A DNA stretch of 10,214 bases, from positions 1 to 10,214 of IMG/VR virus record IMGVR_UViG_2526164688_000015; one strand, given 5' to 3'. This document shows, in pieces, positions 1-6,023 of the stretch; positions within the stretch are counted from its first letter, which is position 1, and the number at the start of each line of letters is the position of its first letter. The notes under the pieces were generated by a model. It made no database searches. It was given only the letters and a program-made list of their open reading frames with translations, and was not told the DNA's origin. The position numbers were made by a program, and so were the translations under genes. Source of the DNA: a virus. Taxonomy: Duplodnaviria > Heunggongvirae > Uroviricota > Caudoviricetes.

Positions 1-322
1 CCCCGGCAAAAGCCTGAAAGAAATCGTGGTCAGCGCGCCGGACGGCGCGGTGTTCCGCTACGACGCGGACGCAGGCGCGCTGAGCGCCAGCGGCATGAAA
101 ACAGCCAGCCTGCAGGCATCCGTCAGCGTGACACTGGACGCGCCCGTCGTGGAATGCACAGACCTTCTGAGAACAGCGACGCTTGACGTCACAAAAGGGG
201 GAAAGATGAGCGGCAATATCACGCACAGCGGCGGCGATTTCACCTCAAACGGCATCACAGTGCATACGCATAAACACGGTGGCGTGAAAGGCGGCAGTGA
301 TTCGACAGGAGGCCCGCAGTGA
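1..322 (+). CDS. V: Baseplate spike/assembly protein V, C-terminal part (5' end lies outside the window)
   Basis: Frame is open from the window edge to TGA at 320-322. The C-terminus (GNITHSGGDFTSNGITVHTHKHGGVKGGSDSTGGP) matches the conserved end of P2 gpV-type spike proteins as I recall them. Stop overlaps the next gene start (GTGA). Position immediately upstream of W-J-I fits the family. Confidence 0.8.
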   Translation, partial: PGKSLKEIVVSAPDGAVFRYDADAGALSASGMKTASLQASVSVTLDAPVVECTDLLRTATLDVTKGGKMSGNITHSGGDFTSNGITVHTHKHGGVKGGSDSTGGPQ

Positions 323-669
323 CAACCCGCTACACAGGAATGAATCCGGACGGGACGGGAAACCTGAACGATACGGAGCACCTGAAACAGTCAGTCAGGG
401 ACATCCTGACCACCCCGCTGGCAAGCCGGGTTATGCGACGGGAATATGGCAGCCTTGTGCCTGATTTGATTGACGAACCCATGAATAACACCACGCGTCT
501 GCAATGCATGAGTGCTGCCGTGATTGCACTGACGCGATGGGAACCCCGCATTGCCCTGGACGCTATCGACGTTGTCTGGAAAGCGGGAGGCCGCGCCGGG
601 GTGACGCTGTCGGGTACAGTCATGCAGACCATGCAGAATGTTGAATTAACCATCACACTGAGGGAGTAA
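319..669 (+). CDS. W: Baseplate wedge protein W (GPW/gp25 family)
   Basis: 116-aa ORF starting at GTG 319 with AGGAGG at 307-312. The N-terminus MTTRYTGMNPDG...SVRDILTTPLASRVMRREYGS closely resembles recalled P2 gpW. Translationally coupled to V. Confidence 0.9.
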   Translation: MTTRYTGMNPDGTGNLNDTEHLKQSVRDILTTPLASRVMRREYGSLVPDLIDEPMNNTTRLQCMSAAVIALTRWEPRIALDAIDVVWKAGGRAGVTLSGTVMQTMQNVELTITLRE

Positions 670-672
670 ATC

Positions 673-1569
673 ATGCCTGCCGTTGACCTTTCCCAGTTAC
701 CAGAACCCGCCATCATCGCGGAGCCTGATTTTGAGGCAATTCTGGCTGACACAAAGGCCATGATGATTGCAGCTTATCCCGCCGAACAGCGTGAAGTCGT
801 TTCCGCCGCGCTGGAGCTGGAATCGGAACCCCTGAACGTTATCGCCCAGACAACAGCGTTTCGTGAAATGCTGTTACGCCAGCGGGTCAATGAGGGTGCA
901 CGCGCCTGCATGTTAAGCCACAGCGCCGGAACAGACCTGGACAACCTCGCGGGCAATATGAACACAAAGCGCCTGGTTATCACTCCGGCAACGGATACCA
1001 CCGACGCGGTGATGGAGAGCGACACCTCGCTGAGACTGCGGGCGCAGCGGGCGTACGACGGCCTGAGTGTTGCTGGCCCGTCAGGTGCATACGAGTATTT
1101 TGCCCGCAGCGCCAGCGGTCTGGTGCGTGATGCGCGGGCTATCAGTCCGTCTCCGGCAAATGTGACGGTTTCCATCCTGTCTACTGAAGGCGACGGCACA
1201 GCAACGGAGGCGTTGCTTAATACCGTTCGCGCCGTTCTGAATGCAGAGGATACCCGCCCGGTGGCCGACCGCCTGACCGTACAGAGTGCCAGAATCGTGA
1301 CATGGCGGCTGAATGCAAAACTGTACTTTTACCCCGGCCCGGAATCCGAACCTATTCTGGCCGCGGCGGAATCGTCGTTCAGGAAGTGGCTGGCTGAGCA
1401 GGGGCTTATCGGTCAGGACGTGGCGTTGTCCGCCATTGCTGCCGCACTGCATGTACACGGTGTGCAACGCGTGGAGATAATCGAACCCACACAGAATATG
1501 GCCATCAGCGACATACAGGCGGCGCGCTGTGAGTCATTTACCATCAGCGAAGGTGGGCGCAATGAGTAA
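673..1569 (+). CDS. J: Baseplate assembly protein J
   Basis: 298-aa ORF with ATG 673 and a GAGGGAG RBS at 659-665. Near-collinear similarity to recalled P2 gpJ (MPxxDLxQLPxP...ESEPL...RQRVNE...GLSVAG..GAY.Y..RSA...SPSPA.VT.S.LS...RPVADR.TVQSA...PGPESEPI...LHVEGVQRVE). Confidence 0.93.
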   Translation: MPAVDLSQLPEPAIIAEPDFEAILADTKAMMIAAYPAEQREVVSAALELESEPLNVIAQTTAFREMLLRQRVNEGARACMLSHSAGTDLDNLAGNMNTKRLVITPATDTTDAVMESDTSLRLRAQRAYDGLSVAGPSGAYEYFARSASGLVRDARAISPSPANVTVSILSTEGDGTATEALLNTVRAVLNAEDTRPVADRLTVQSARIVTWRLNAKLYFYPGPESEPILAAAESSFRKWLAEQGLIGQDVALSAIAAALHVHGVQRVEIIEPTQNMAISDIQAARCESFTISEGGRNE

Positions 1570-2170
1570 TTCACTGTTACCGCCATCAGCCAGCAGTTTC
1601 ATGCGTTGTGCCGAAGCCGTCGGAACGCGCATTACAGACATTCCGGTAGACCTCAACACGCTGTGGTCGCCGGACACATGCCCGGTGCATCTGCTGCCTT
1701 ATCTCGCCTGGGCATTTTCCGTTGACCGCTGGGACCGCAACTGGCCGGAGGAAACAAAGCGCCAGGTGATTCGCGATGCGTGGCTGATACACCGACACAA
1801 GGGGACCATCAGCGCACTGCGAAGAGCCGTGGAGCCTCTCGGCTACCTGATTGAAGTAAAGGAGTGGTGGCAACTCAACGAGGAGCCGGGAACATTTCGC
1901 ATTGTTGTCGGAGTACTTGATCAGGGCATCACCGATGAAATGTATCAGGAACTTGAGCGCCTTATTGCGGATGCAAAACCAGTAAGTCGCCATCTGACGG
2001 GGCTGGCGATCAGCCTGAGTGTGAACGGAAAGATTTTCGTTAGTACGGGATGCTATCACGGCGATGCCCTGACGGTTTATCCCTACACCCCGGAGTCCAT
2101 TATTGTCGAAGGGGATTATTTCCCGGCCCCGGCCATTCATTTAATTGATAATCTGAGAGTAAACGCATGA
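1562..2170 (+). CDS. I: Tail protein I (baseplate)
   Basis: ATG 1562 overlaps the J stop (ATGAGTAA) and is preceded by GAAGGTGGG. The product MSNSLLPP...IRELWSPDTCP..LLPYLAWAFSVDRWD..WPE..KR.VIRDA...HKGTI.A.RR.VEPLGYLI.V.EWW resembles recalled P2 gpI. The ORF track's start at 1529 is an in-frame upstream ATG and less likely. Confidence 0.88.
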   Translation: MSNSLLPPSASSFMRCAEAVGTRITDIPVDLNTLWSPDTCPVHLLPYLAWAFSVDRWDRNWPEETKRQVIRDAWLIHRHKGTISALRRAVEPLGYLIEVKEWWQLNEEPGTFRIVVGVLDQGITDEMYQELERLIADAKPVSRHLTGLAISLSVNGKIFVSTGCYHGDALTVYPYTPESIIVEGDYFPAPAIHLIDNLRVNA

Positions 2171-3558
2171 CAGTGAAATACTACGCCATTCTGACTAATC
2201 AGGGCGCAGCACGGCTGGCTAACGCGACGATGCTCGGCAGTAAGCTGAATCTGACGCAAATGGCCGTTGGTGATGCGAATGGTGTCTTGCCGACACCAGA
2301 CCCGGCACAGACAAAACTGATTAATCAGAAACGCATTGCACCGCTGAATCTTCTGAGTGTTGACCCGAACAACCAGAGCCAGATTATTGCGGAGCAAATC
2401 ATCCCTGAAAACGAGGGAGGATTCTGGATCCGTGAGATTGGTCTTTATGATGATGAAGGTGTACTCATTGCGGTGGCAAACTGCCCGGAAACGTACAAAC
2501 CGCAGTTGCAGGAAGGCAGTGGACGCACCCAGACTATCCGCATGATTCTGGTTGTCACGAACACCGAAGCCATCACGTTGAAAATCGACCCATCTGTGGT
2601 TCTGGCAACCCGTAAATACGTGGATGATAAAGTCCTGGAATTAAAGCTGTATGTGGATGACCAGATGAGAAACCACATTGCCGCACAGGATCCCCATACC
2701 CAGTATGCACCGAAACATAATCCGACACTCACCGGAGAGCCAAAAGCGCCGACACCGCCCGCAGGAAGTAACACCACACGGATTGCGACCACTGCGTTTA
2801 TACAGGCCGCAATTACAGCGCTGATTGGCGGTGCACCTGCCACGCTGGACACGCTGAAAGAAATTGCCGCGGCCATTAACAATGACCCGAAATTCAGTAC
2901 CACCATTAACAATGCGCTGGCACTCAAAGCGCCTCTGTCGAGCCCGGCACTTACCGGAACGCCAACAGCACCTACAGCGGCACAGTCGGCCAACAATACA
3001 CAGATTGCCACCACGGCTTTTGTGAAATCAGCAATTGCGGCAATGGTGGGTTCTGCCCCTGCGGCATTGGATACACTGAATGAACTGGCGGCGGCACTGG
3101 GGAATGATCCGAACTTTGCCACGACAATGCTTAATGCGCTGGCAGGTAAACAACCGCTGGACAATACGCTGACTAATTTGAGTGGAAAGGATGTAGCTGG
3201 TCTTCTCGCATACCTTGGTTTGGGAGAAGCCAGATATGTCATTCAGCGAGGAGCTAATGCCAATGGTGCGTGGATACGCTGGTCAGATGGTGCAATAGAA
3301 GTCTTTGGAACGGGGGGTTCTAATGATAATGGACTGGCTAAAGTCGTTTATCCAATTGCGCTACCTAAGCTTTCACGTTTTATCAGCATAGCGGAAAGAA
3401 TAGGAACGGATTATGGGGGCACATCTAATAACGTTCACGTTTCAATGATCGTGGATGACCAGGTCACTAATACCGGTTTTTATGTCCGCTGCCAGATGTA
3501 CGACGGAACACCATCAACAAGTGCTTTTTCCTGGAGGGTTTATTGTGCGCCTGTTTAA
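2167..3558 (+). CDS. H: Tail fibre protein H (conserved N-terminal/shaft part fused to the currently expressed variable tip)
   Basis: 463-aa ORF with ATG 2167 overlapping the I stop (ATGA). The N-terminus (AVGDANGVLPTPDPAQT...GGFWIREIGLYDDEGVLIAVAN.PETYKP...GSGRTQT.RM) and the shaft repeats (NSPALTGTPTAPTA...NTQIATTAF...LDTLNELAAALGNDPNFATTMLNALAGKQP) match recalled P2 gpH/Mu S-type fibres. The last roughly 110 aa lie downstream of the crossover site at 3203-3228. Confidence 0.9.
   Translation: MTVKYYAILTNQGAARLANATMLGSKLNLTQMAVGDANGVLPTPDPAQTKLINQKRIAPLNLLSVDPNNQSQIIAEQIIPENEGGFWIREIGLYDDEGVLIAVANCPETYKPQLQEGSGRTQTIRMILVVTNTEAITLKIDPSVVLATRKYVDDKVLELKLYVDDQMRNHIAAQDPHTQYAPKHNPTLTGEPKAPTPPAGSNTTRIATTAFIQAAITALIGGAPATLDTLKEIAAAINNDPKFSTTINNALALKAPLSSPALTGTPTAPTAAQSANNTQIATTAFVKSAIAAMVGSAPAALDTLNELAAALGNDPNFATTMLNALAGKQPLDNTLTNLSGKDVAGLLAYLGLGEARYVIQRGANANGAWIRWSDGAIEVFGTGGSNDNGLAKVVYPIALPKLSRFISIAERIGTDYGGTSNNVHVSMIVDDQVTNTGFYVRCQMYDGTPSTSAFSWRVYCAPV
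2728..3159 (+). repeat. Two tandem 70-aa fibre-shaft repeats (about 2728-2937 and 2950-3159, period about 222 nt) inside H
   Basis: Repeat 1 LTGEPKAPTPPAGSNTTRIATTAFIQAAITALIGGAPATLDTLKEIAAAINNDPKFSTTINNALALKAPL aligns with repeat 2 LTGTPTAPTAAQSANNTQIATTAFVKSAIAAMVGSAPAALDTLNELAAALGNDPNFATTMLNALAGKQPL. The pattern is typical of phage tail-fibre repeat units. Confidence 0.7.
3203..3228. repeat. Left recombination (crossover) site for the DNA invertase, hix/gix/pix-like, inside the H coding sequence
   Basis: 26-bp imperfect palindrome TTCTCGCATACC-TT-GGTTTGGGAGAA with the AAACC/GGTTT core typical of Hin/Gin/Pin sites. The 14 bp at 3215-3228 are a perfect inverted repeat of 4814-4827. In the H frame the site encodes ..AYLGLGE... 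Confidence 0.7.
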
Positions 3559-3742
3559 TCCTGTTACTTTGACTGAAGTAATCCCCGGTCTTCATGACGT
3601 GACCGGGGCTGTTGAATTACCAGAAGATAACTGGTTTTTTACTGCATCTGAAATCCCTGAAGGAATGGAAATATCTGTTAACGAGAAGGGAGAACCCATT
3701 CTGATTGAGATTAAACCGTCTCAGGAGGAACTGGCCAGATGA
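3545..3742 (+). CDS. Small 65-aa protein downstream of the fibre tip; possible truncated or minimal tail-fibre assembly chaperone
   Basis: GTG 3545 with a strong GGAGG RBS at 3533-3537 (7-nt spacer), overlapping the H stop. The position is exactly where a tfa gene is expected. It is too short for a canonical Tfa of about 175-200 aa, and its 3' end overlaps the convergent antisense tfa by about 30 bp. Function is inferred from position only. Confidence 0.45.
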   Translation: MRLFNPVTLTEVIPGLHDVTGAVELPEDNWFFTASEIPEGMEISVNEKGEPILIEIKPSQEELAR

Positions 3743-4316
3743 CATCTGGCGCGGTGCTGGTATCTGTTGCCATCACCGCGTCAGTGTAATCCAGCACGGC
3801 GTTAAGTCGGGTGTTTTCTGCCTGCGTCAGCTTCCGCCCGGCCTGCAATTTCAGTTGAATCAGACTAATGGAAACCATTGCAGCATCAATCAGCGACTGC
3901 CGCTGTGTTTCTGCCATGTCTACTGCTGCTCTATGCTGTGCCTCGGTATCCGTCACCCATTTCTCACCATCCCATTTATCGTATGGCGTTAACGGGGCGA
4001 TAGTGGTTGTCTTTTCAGGGTAATCACCCGGAGCTGTGATTTCTTTTGATTCTCCTGTTTCGGTGCTATAGACGATTTCACCGCGATGGTCTGGCACATA
4101 TTCCCATGAGTTAAAATCTGCAGAACGGCAAATTGCATAACCAGCTTTATATGAGCCAGGAGCATCTAAACAGGAACATGCCGGGATACCGACACCCACA
4201 GCAAGATATTCGGTTGATGTGGAAATATATTCTCGTGTTTCACCATCATAATTATAAACGGTAATATCTCCCGCCTTTGTGGCGATGAGTTCCTTATTTA
4301 ATATAGCTTTATCCAT
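3711..4316 (-). CDS. Tail-fibre assembly protein (chaperone for the alternative, currently silent fibre tip)
   Basis: 201-aa ORF. ATG at 4316-4314 overlaps the stop of the upstream tip cassette (TGATG), with a GAGGG RBS. The size and the C-terminal region (...AETQRQSLIDAA...LQAGRKLTQAENTRLNAVLDYTDAV...STAPDVIWPVPP) are typical of Tfa/gpG/U-family chaperones. Confidence 0.8.
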   Translation of the reverse strand: MDKAILNKELIATKAGDITVYNYDGETREYISTSTEYLAVGVGIPACSCLDAPGSYKAGYAICRSADFNSWEYVPDHRGEIVYSTETGESKEITAPGDYPEKTTTIAPLTPYDKWDGEKWVTDTEAQHRAAVDMAETQRQSLIDAAMVSISLIQLKLQAGRKLTQAENTRLNAVLDYTDAVMATDTSTAPDVIWPVPPETV

Positions 4317-4867
4317 CAGGCAGCCCTCACGATATAATTAAAGGCAATGTTACGGGGTCGATTTTCGTTTGCAGTTGGAACAATTCTTGAAGCATCAAGG
4401 CCAATCACTTTTGGGTAAACACCGCCCTCGGACCTTTCTGTCACCATACTTCTGACTAAGGAGAAATAACTATTGTTCGTTGAGGGGTTCAAAGGCACCA
4501 CTGCCCCCTTAAACGAGCCTACTGATTCCCATATTGAATAATTTTCGGTGTTTACAGTCTTGAACTCACCATAGATATTACGTATGGCATCGCCCTGAGC
4601 GGATAATATTGTTCTCCCCGCATCCGCACTACGCCCATCATCCCAGCCACGAATAAATTCACCGCGTAAATCAGGCAATTTATTTGTCGGGTAAGCCTTT
4701 GCCAGTTCCGGGTATTCTTCAGCAGAAAAAGCCGCACCATTGCATTTCAGCCAGCCTGTCGGCGGAGTGGCGGAAGGCCACGGAACAGGCACACCGACAG
4801 GTAATGCAGAGCCTTCTCCCAAACCAACGTTTGTGAAAATGCAGAGATAACGGGTAACTGGCATCAT
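4316..4867 (-). CDS. Alternative tail-fibre C-terminal (receptor-binding tip) cassette, silent in this orientation
   Basis: 183-aa ORF on the minus strand. After the crossover site it encodes ..NVGLGEGSALPVGVPVPWPSATPPTGWLKCNGAAFSAEEYPELAKAYP.NKLPDLRGEFIRGWDDGR..DAGR, the widespread phage tail-fibre tip/collar motif. Inversion would fuse it in frame to the H shaft at the shared GLGE junction. Only the first 9-18 codons, including the ATG-ATG start, lie outside the invertible segment. Confidence 0.75.
   Translation of the reverse strand: MMPVTRYLCIFTNVGLGEGSALPVGVPVPWPSATPPTGWLKCNGAAFSAEEYPELAKAYPTNKLPDLRGEFIRGWDDGRSADAGRTILSAQGDAIRNIYGEFKTVNTENYSIWESVGSFKGAVVPLNPSTNNSYFSLVRSMVTERSEGGVYPKVIGLDASRIVPTANENRPRNIAFNYIVRAA
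4814..4839. repeat. Right recombination (crossover) site for the DNA invertase
   Basis: TTCTCCCAAACC-AA-CGTTTGTGAAAA. The first 14 bp are a perfect inverted repeat of 3215-3228, and the central dinucleotide (AA versus TT) is consistent with inverted orientation. The site lies 56 bp upstream of the invertase start, as in Mu gin, P1 cin and e14 pin. Confidence 0.7.
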
Positions 4868-4894
4868 CTCCGGTTTTTATTCAGGGGGATGCTC

Positions 4895-5485
4895 ATGCTT
4901 ATTGGTTATGTTCGCGTATCAACAAATGACCAGAACACGGAATTGCAGCGTAACGCGCTGGAGTGCGCAGGATGTGAACTGATTTTTGAAGATAAAATCA
5001 GCGGAACGAAATCAGCCAGACCGGGATTGAAAAAACTGCTCAGAACGCTATCAGAAGGAGATACGCTGGTTGTCTGGAAGCTGGACAGGCTGGGCAGGAG
5101 TATGAAACACCTGATCACGCTTATTGAGGAATTGCGGGAAAAAGGTGTTAATTTCCGTAGCCTGACGGACAGCATTGACACATCAACACCCATGGGGCGT
5201 TTCTTTTTTCACGTCATGGGAGCTTTAGCAGAAATGGAACGTGAATTAATTGTAGAGCGTACACTGGCCGGGCTGGCAGCAGCACGAGCACAGGGACGCA
5301 TTGGCGGACGTCGCCCGAAGTTGACAAAAGAACAACATGAGCAAATAGAAAGGCTGATTAAAAACGGCCATGACAGGAAACAACTGGCGATCATTTACGA
5401 CATCGGTATATCGACGATTTATCGTTATCACCCTGTAGGCGATATACAGGCTGAAGAAACAACCGGGCAGACTCAGGGAAAATAA
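4895..5485 (+). CDS. pin: Serine recombinase, DNA invertase of the Pin/Gin/Hin/Cin family
   Basis: Start at the second ATG (4895), which has an AGGGGG RBS at 4883-4888; the track's 4889 ATG has no spacer. The product MLIGYVRVSTNDQNTELQRNAL...LVVWKLDRLGRSMKHLI...FRSLTDSIDTSTPMGRFFFHVMGALAEMERELIVERT...GRIGGRRPKLT is almost diagnostic of this family, with the catalytic Ser in the YVRVSTNDQ motif and a C-terminal HTH. Confidence 0.95.
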   Translation: MLIGYVRVSTNDQNTELQRNALECAGCELIFEDKISGTKSARPGLKKLLRTLSEGDTLVVWKLDRLGRSMKHLITLIEELREKGVNFRSLTDSIDTSTPMGRFFFHVMGALAEMERELIVERTLAGLAAARAQGRIGGRRPKLTKEQHEQIERLIKNGHDRKQLAIIYDIGISTIYRYHPVGDIQAEETTGQTQGK

Positions 5486-5515
5486 AAAACCGCTAATCTG
5501 ACCATTAGCGGTTTT
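5486..5515. terminator. Bidirectional rho-independent terminator between the convergent invertase and tail-shaft operons
   Basis: Hairpin ACCGCTAAT-CTGACC-ATTAGCGGT (5489-5512) flanked by an A run on the 5' side and a T run on the 3' side. Sits in the 37-bp gap between the pin stop (5485) and the U stop (5523). Confidence 0.65.
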
Positions 5516-5522
5516 GCGTTAA

Positions 5523-6017
5523 TCAAAACAGCCCTTTAACGGAGCTGGCCGCGCTGTTAAGGGATGATGTGACCTTATCTTTGAAGCCGGACAGCATATC
5601 ACTGAACGATGAGGATTGCAGGCGCTCCCGCAAATCCTCATCACAGCGTTCAAGAGTCAGTGAAAATTCTATCTTTTTCGCCTTACCGTAGCGATCAAAC
5701 TCGGAACGGGTCGTATTCGTTTCAGTCAGCACATACATGCCGTAAATCTGCCCGACGCCATCAATCAAAGGCCAGGGTCGTCCTGTATACGCCTGCGTGG
5801 TCAGCAGCGACAGCGACACTTCGCCACCTGTAATTTCAGGATAAAGCACACCAGAAAGAACGATGCGATCATCACCTGCACCGATATACTGCCAGCTTGC
5901 TGAACGGTTAACGCGTTCATTTTTCACATGCCGCCAGCTTTTGTTTTGCTGTAACTGCTGATGCGGCAGCGTGCGCAGCTCAAAAACAAACATGCCGTAG
6001 ATCATCATCATGGCCAT
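5523..6017 (-). CDS. U: Tail protein U (P2 gpU family)
   Basis: 164-aa ORF directly downstream of the tape measure gene with a GAGGAG RBS. The motifs FELRTLP.Q.LQ....WRH...R.....Q..G.G.D.I.LSGVLYPE.TGG and GKA.KI.F.L.L resemble recalled P2 gpU. Confidence 0.85.
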   Translation of the reverse strand: MAMMMIYGMFVFELRTLPHQQLQQNKSWRHVKNERVNRSASWQYIGAGDDRIVLSGVLYPEITGGEVSLSLLTTQAYTGRPWPLIDGVGQIYGMYVLTETNTTRSEFDRYGKAKKIEFSLTLERCDEDLRERLQSSSFSDMLSGFKDKVTSSLNSAASSVKGLF

Positions 6018-6023
6018 GACTCC

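Larger units (their letters stand above)
3216..4827. other. Invertible DNA segment of about 1.6 kb (G/C/P-segment-like tail-fibre host-range switch)
   Basis: Bounded by the inverted 26-bp sites at 3203-3228 and 4814-4839, with a Pin-family invertase gene directly adjacent. Carries a sense fibre tip plus small ORF, and an antisense fibre tip plus chaperone. Confidence 0.7.

Noticed and set aside
1081-2140. Minus-strand ORFs of 128 aa and 184 aa (1081-1467, 1586-2140), plus 774-1199 and 330-761
   Set aside because: All are antisense to W, J and I, which show near-collinear similarity to the P2 baseplate proteins. No RBS or family features support them.
2445-3242. 265-aa minus-strand ORF
   Set aside because: Antisense to the H fibre repeat region, which has strong family resemblance on the plus strand. 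The open frame is a by-product of the Ala/Thr-rich repeats.
3705-3992. 95-aa plus-strand ORF that would extend the coding region after the small ORF at 3545-3742
   Set aside because: It is in a different frame from the small ORF and antisense to the well-supported minus-strand tail-fibre assembly gene. Its Cys/His/Arg-rich composition is unlike a chaperone.
4552-4740. 62-aa minus-strand ORF inside the alternative tip cassette
   Set aside because: An alternative frame nested within the 183-aa cassette ORF that carries the conserved fibre-tip motifs; it is most likely spurious.
3229-4813. Additional internal crossover sites that would indicate a multi-cassette shufflon (Min-like)
   Set aside because: Visual scan found no further sequences resembling TTCTCCCAAACC/GGTTTGGGAGAA. 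A short palindrome AATGGAAACCATT near 3868-3880 contains AAACC but lacks the 26-bp site architecture. The segment is best read as a simple two-state switch.
4830-4894. Sigma-70 promoter for the invertase upstream of 4895
   Set aside because: Candidate hexamers (TTGTGA at 4831-4836 with GTAACT about 17 bp downstream) match consensus too poorly to call by eye. A promoter probably exists here but cannot be placed.
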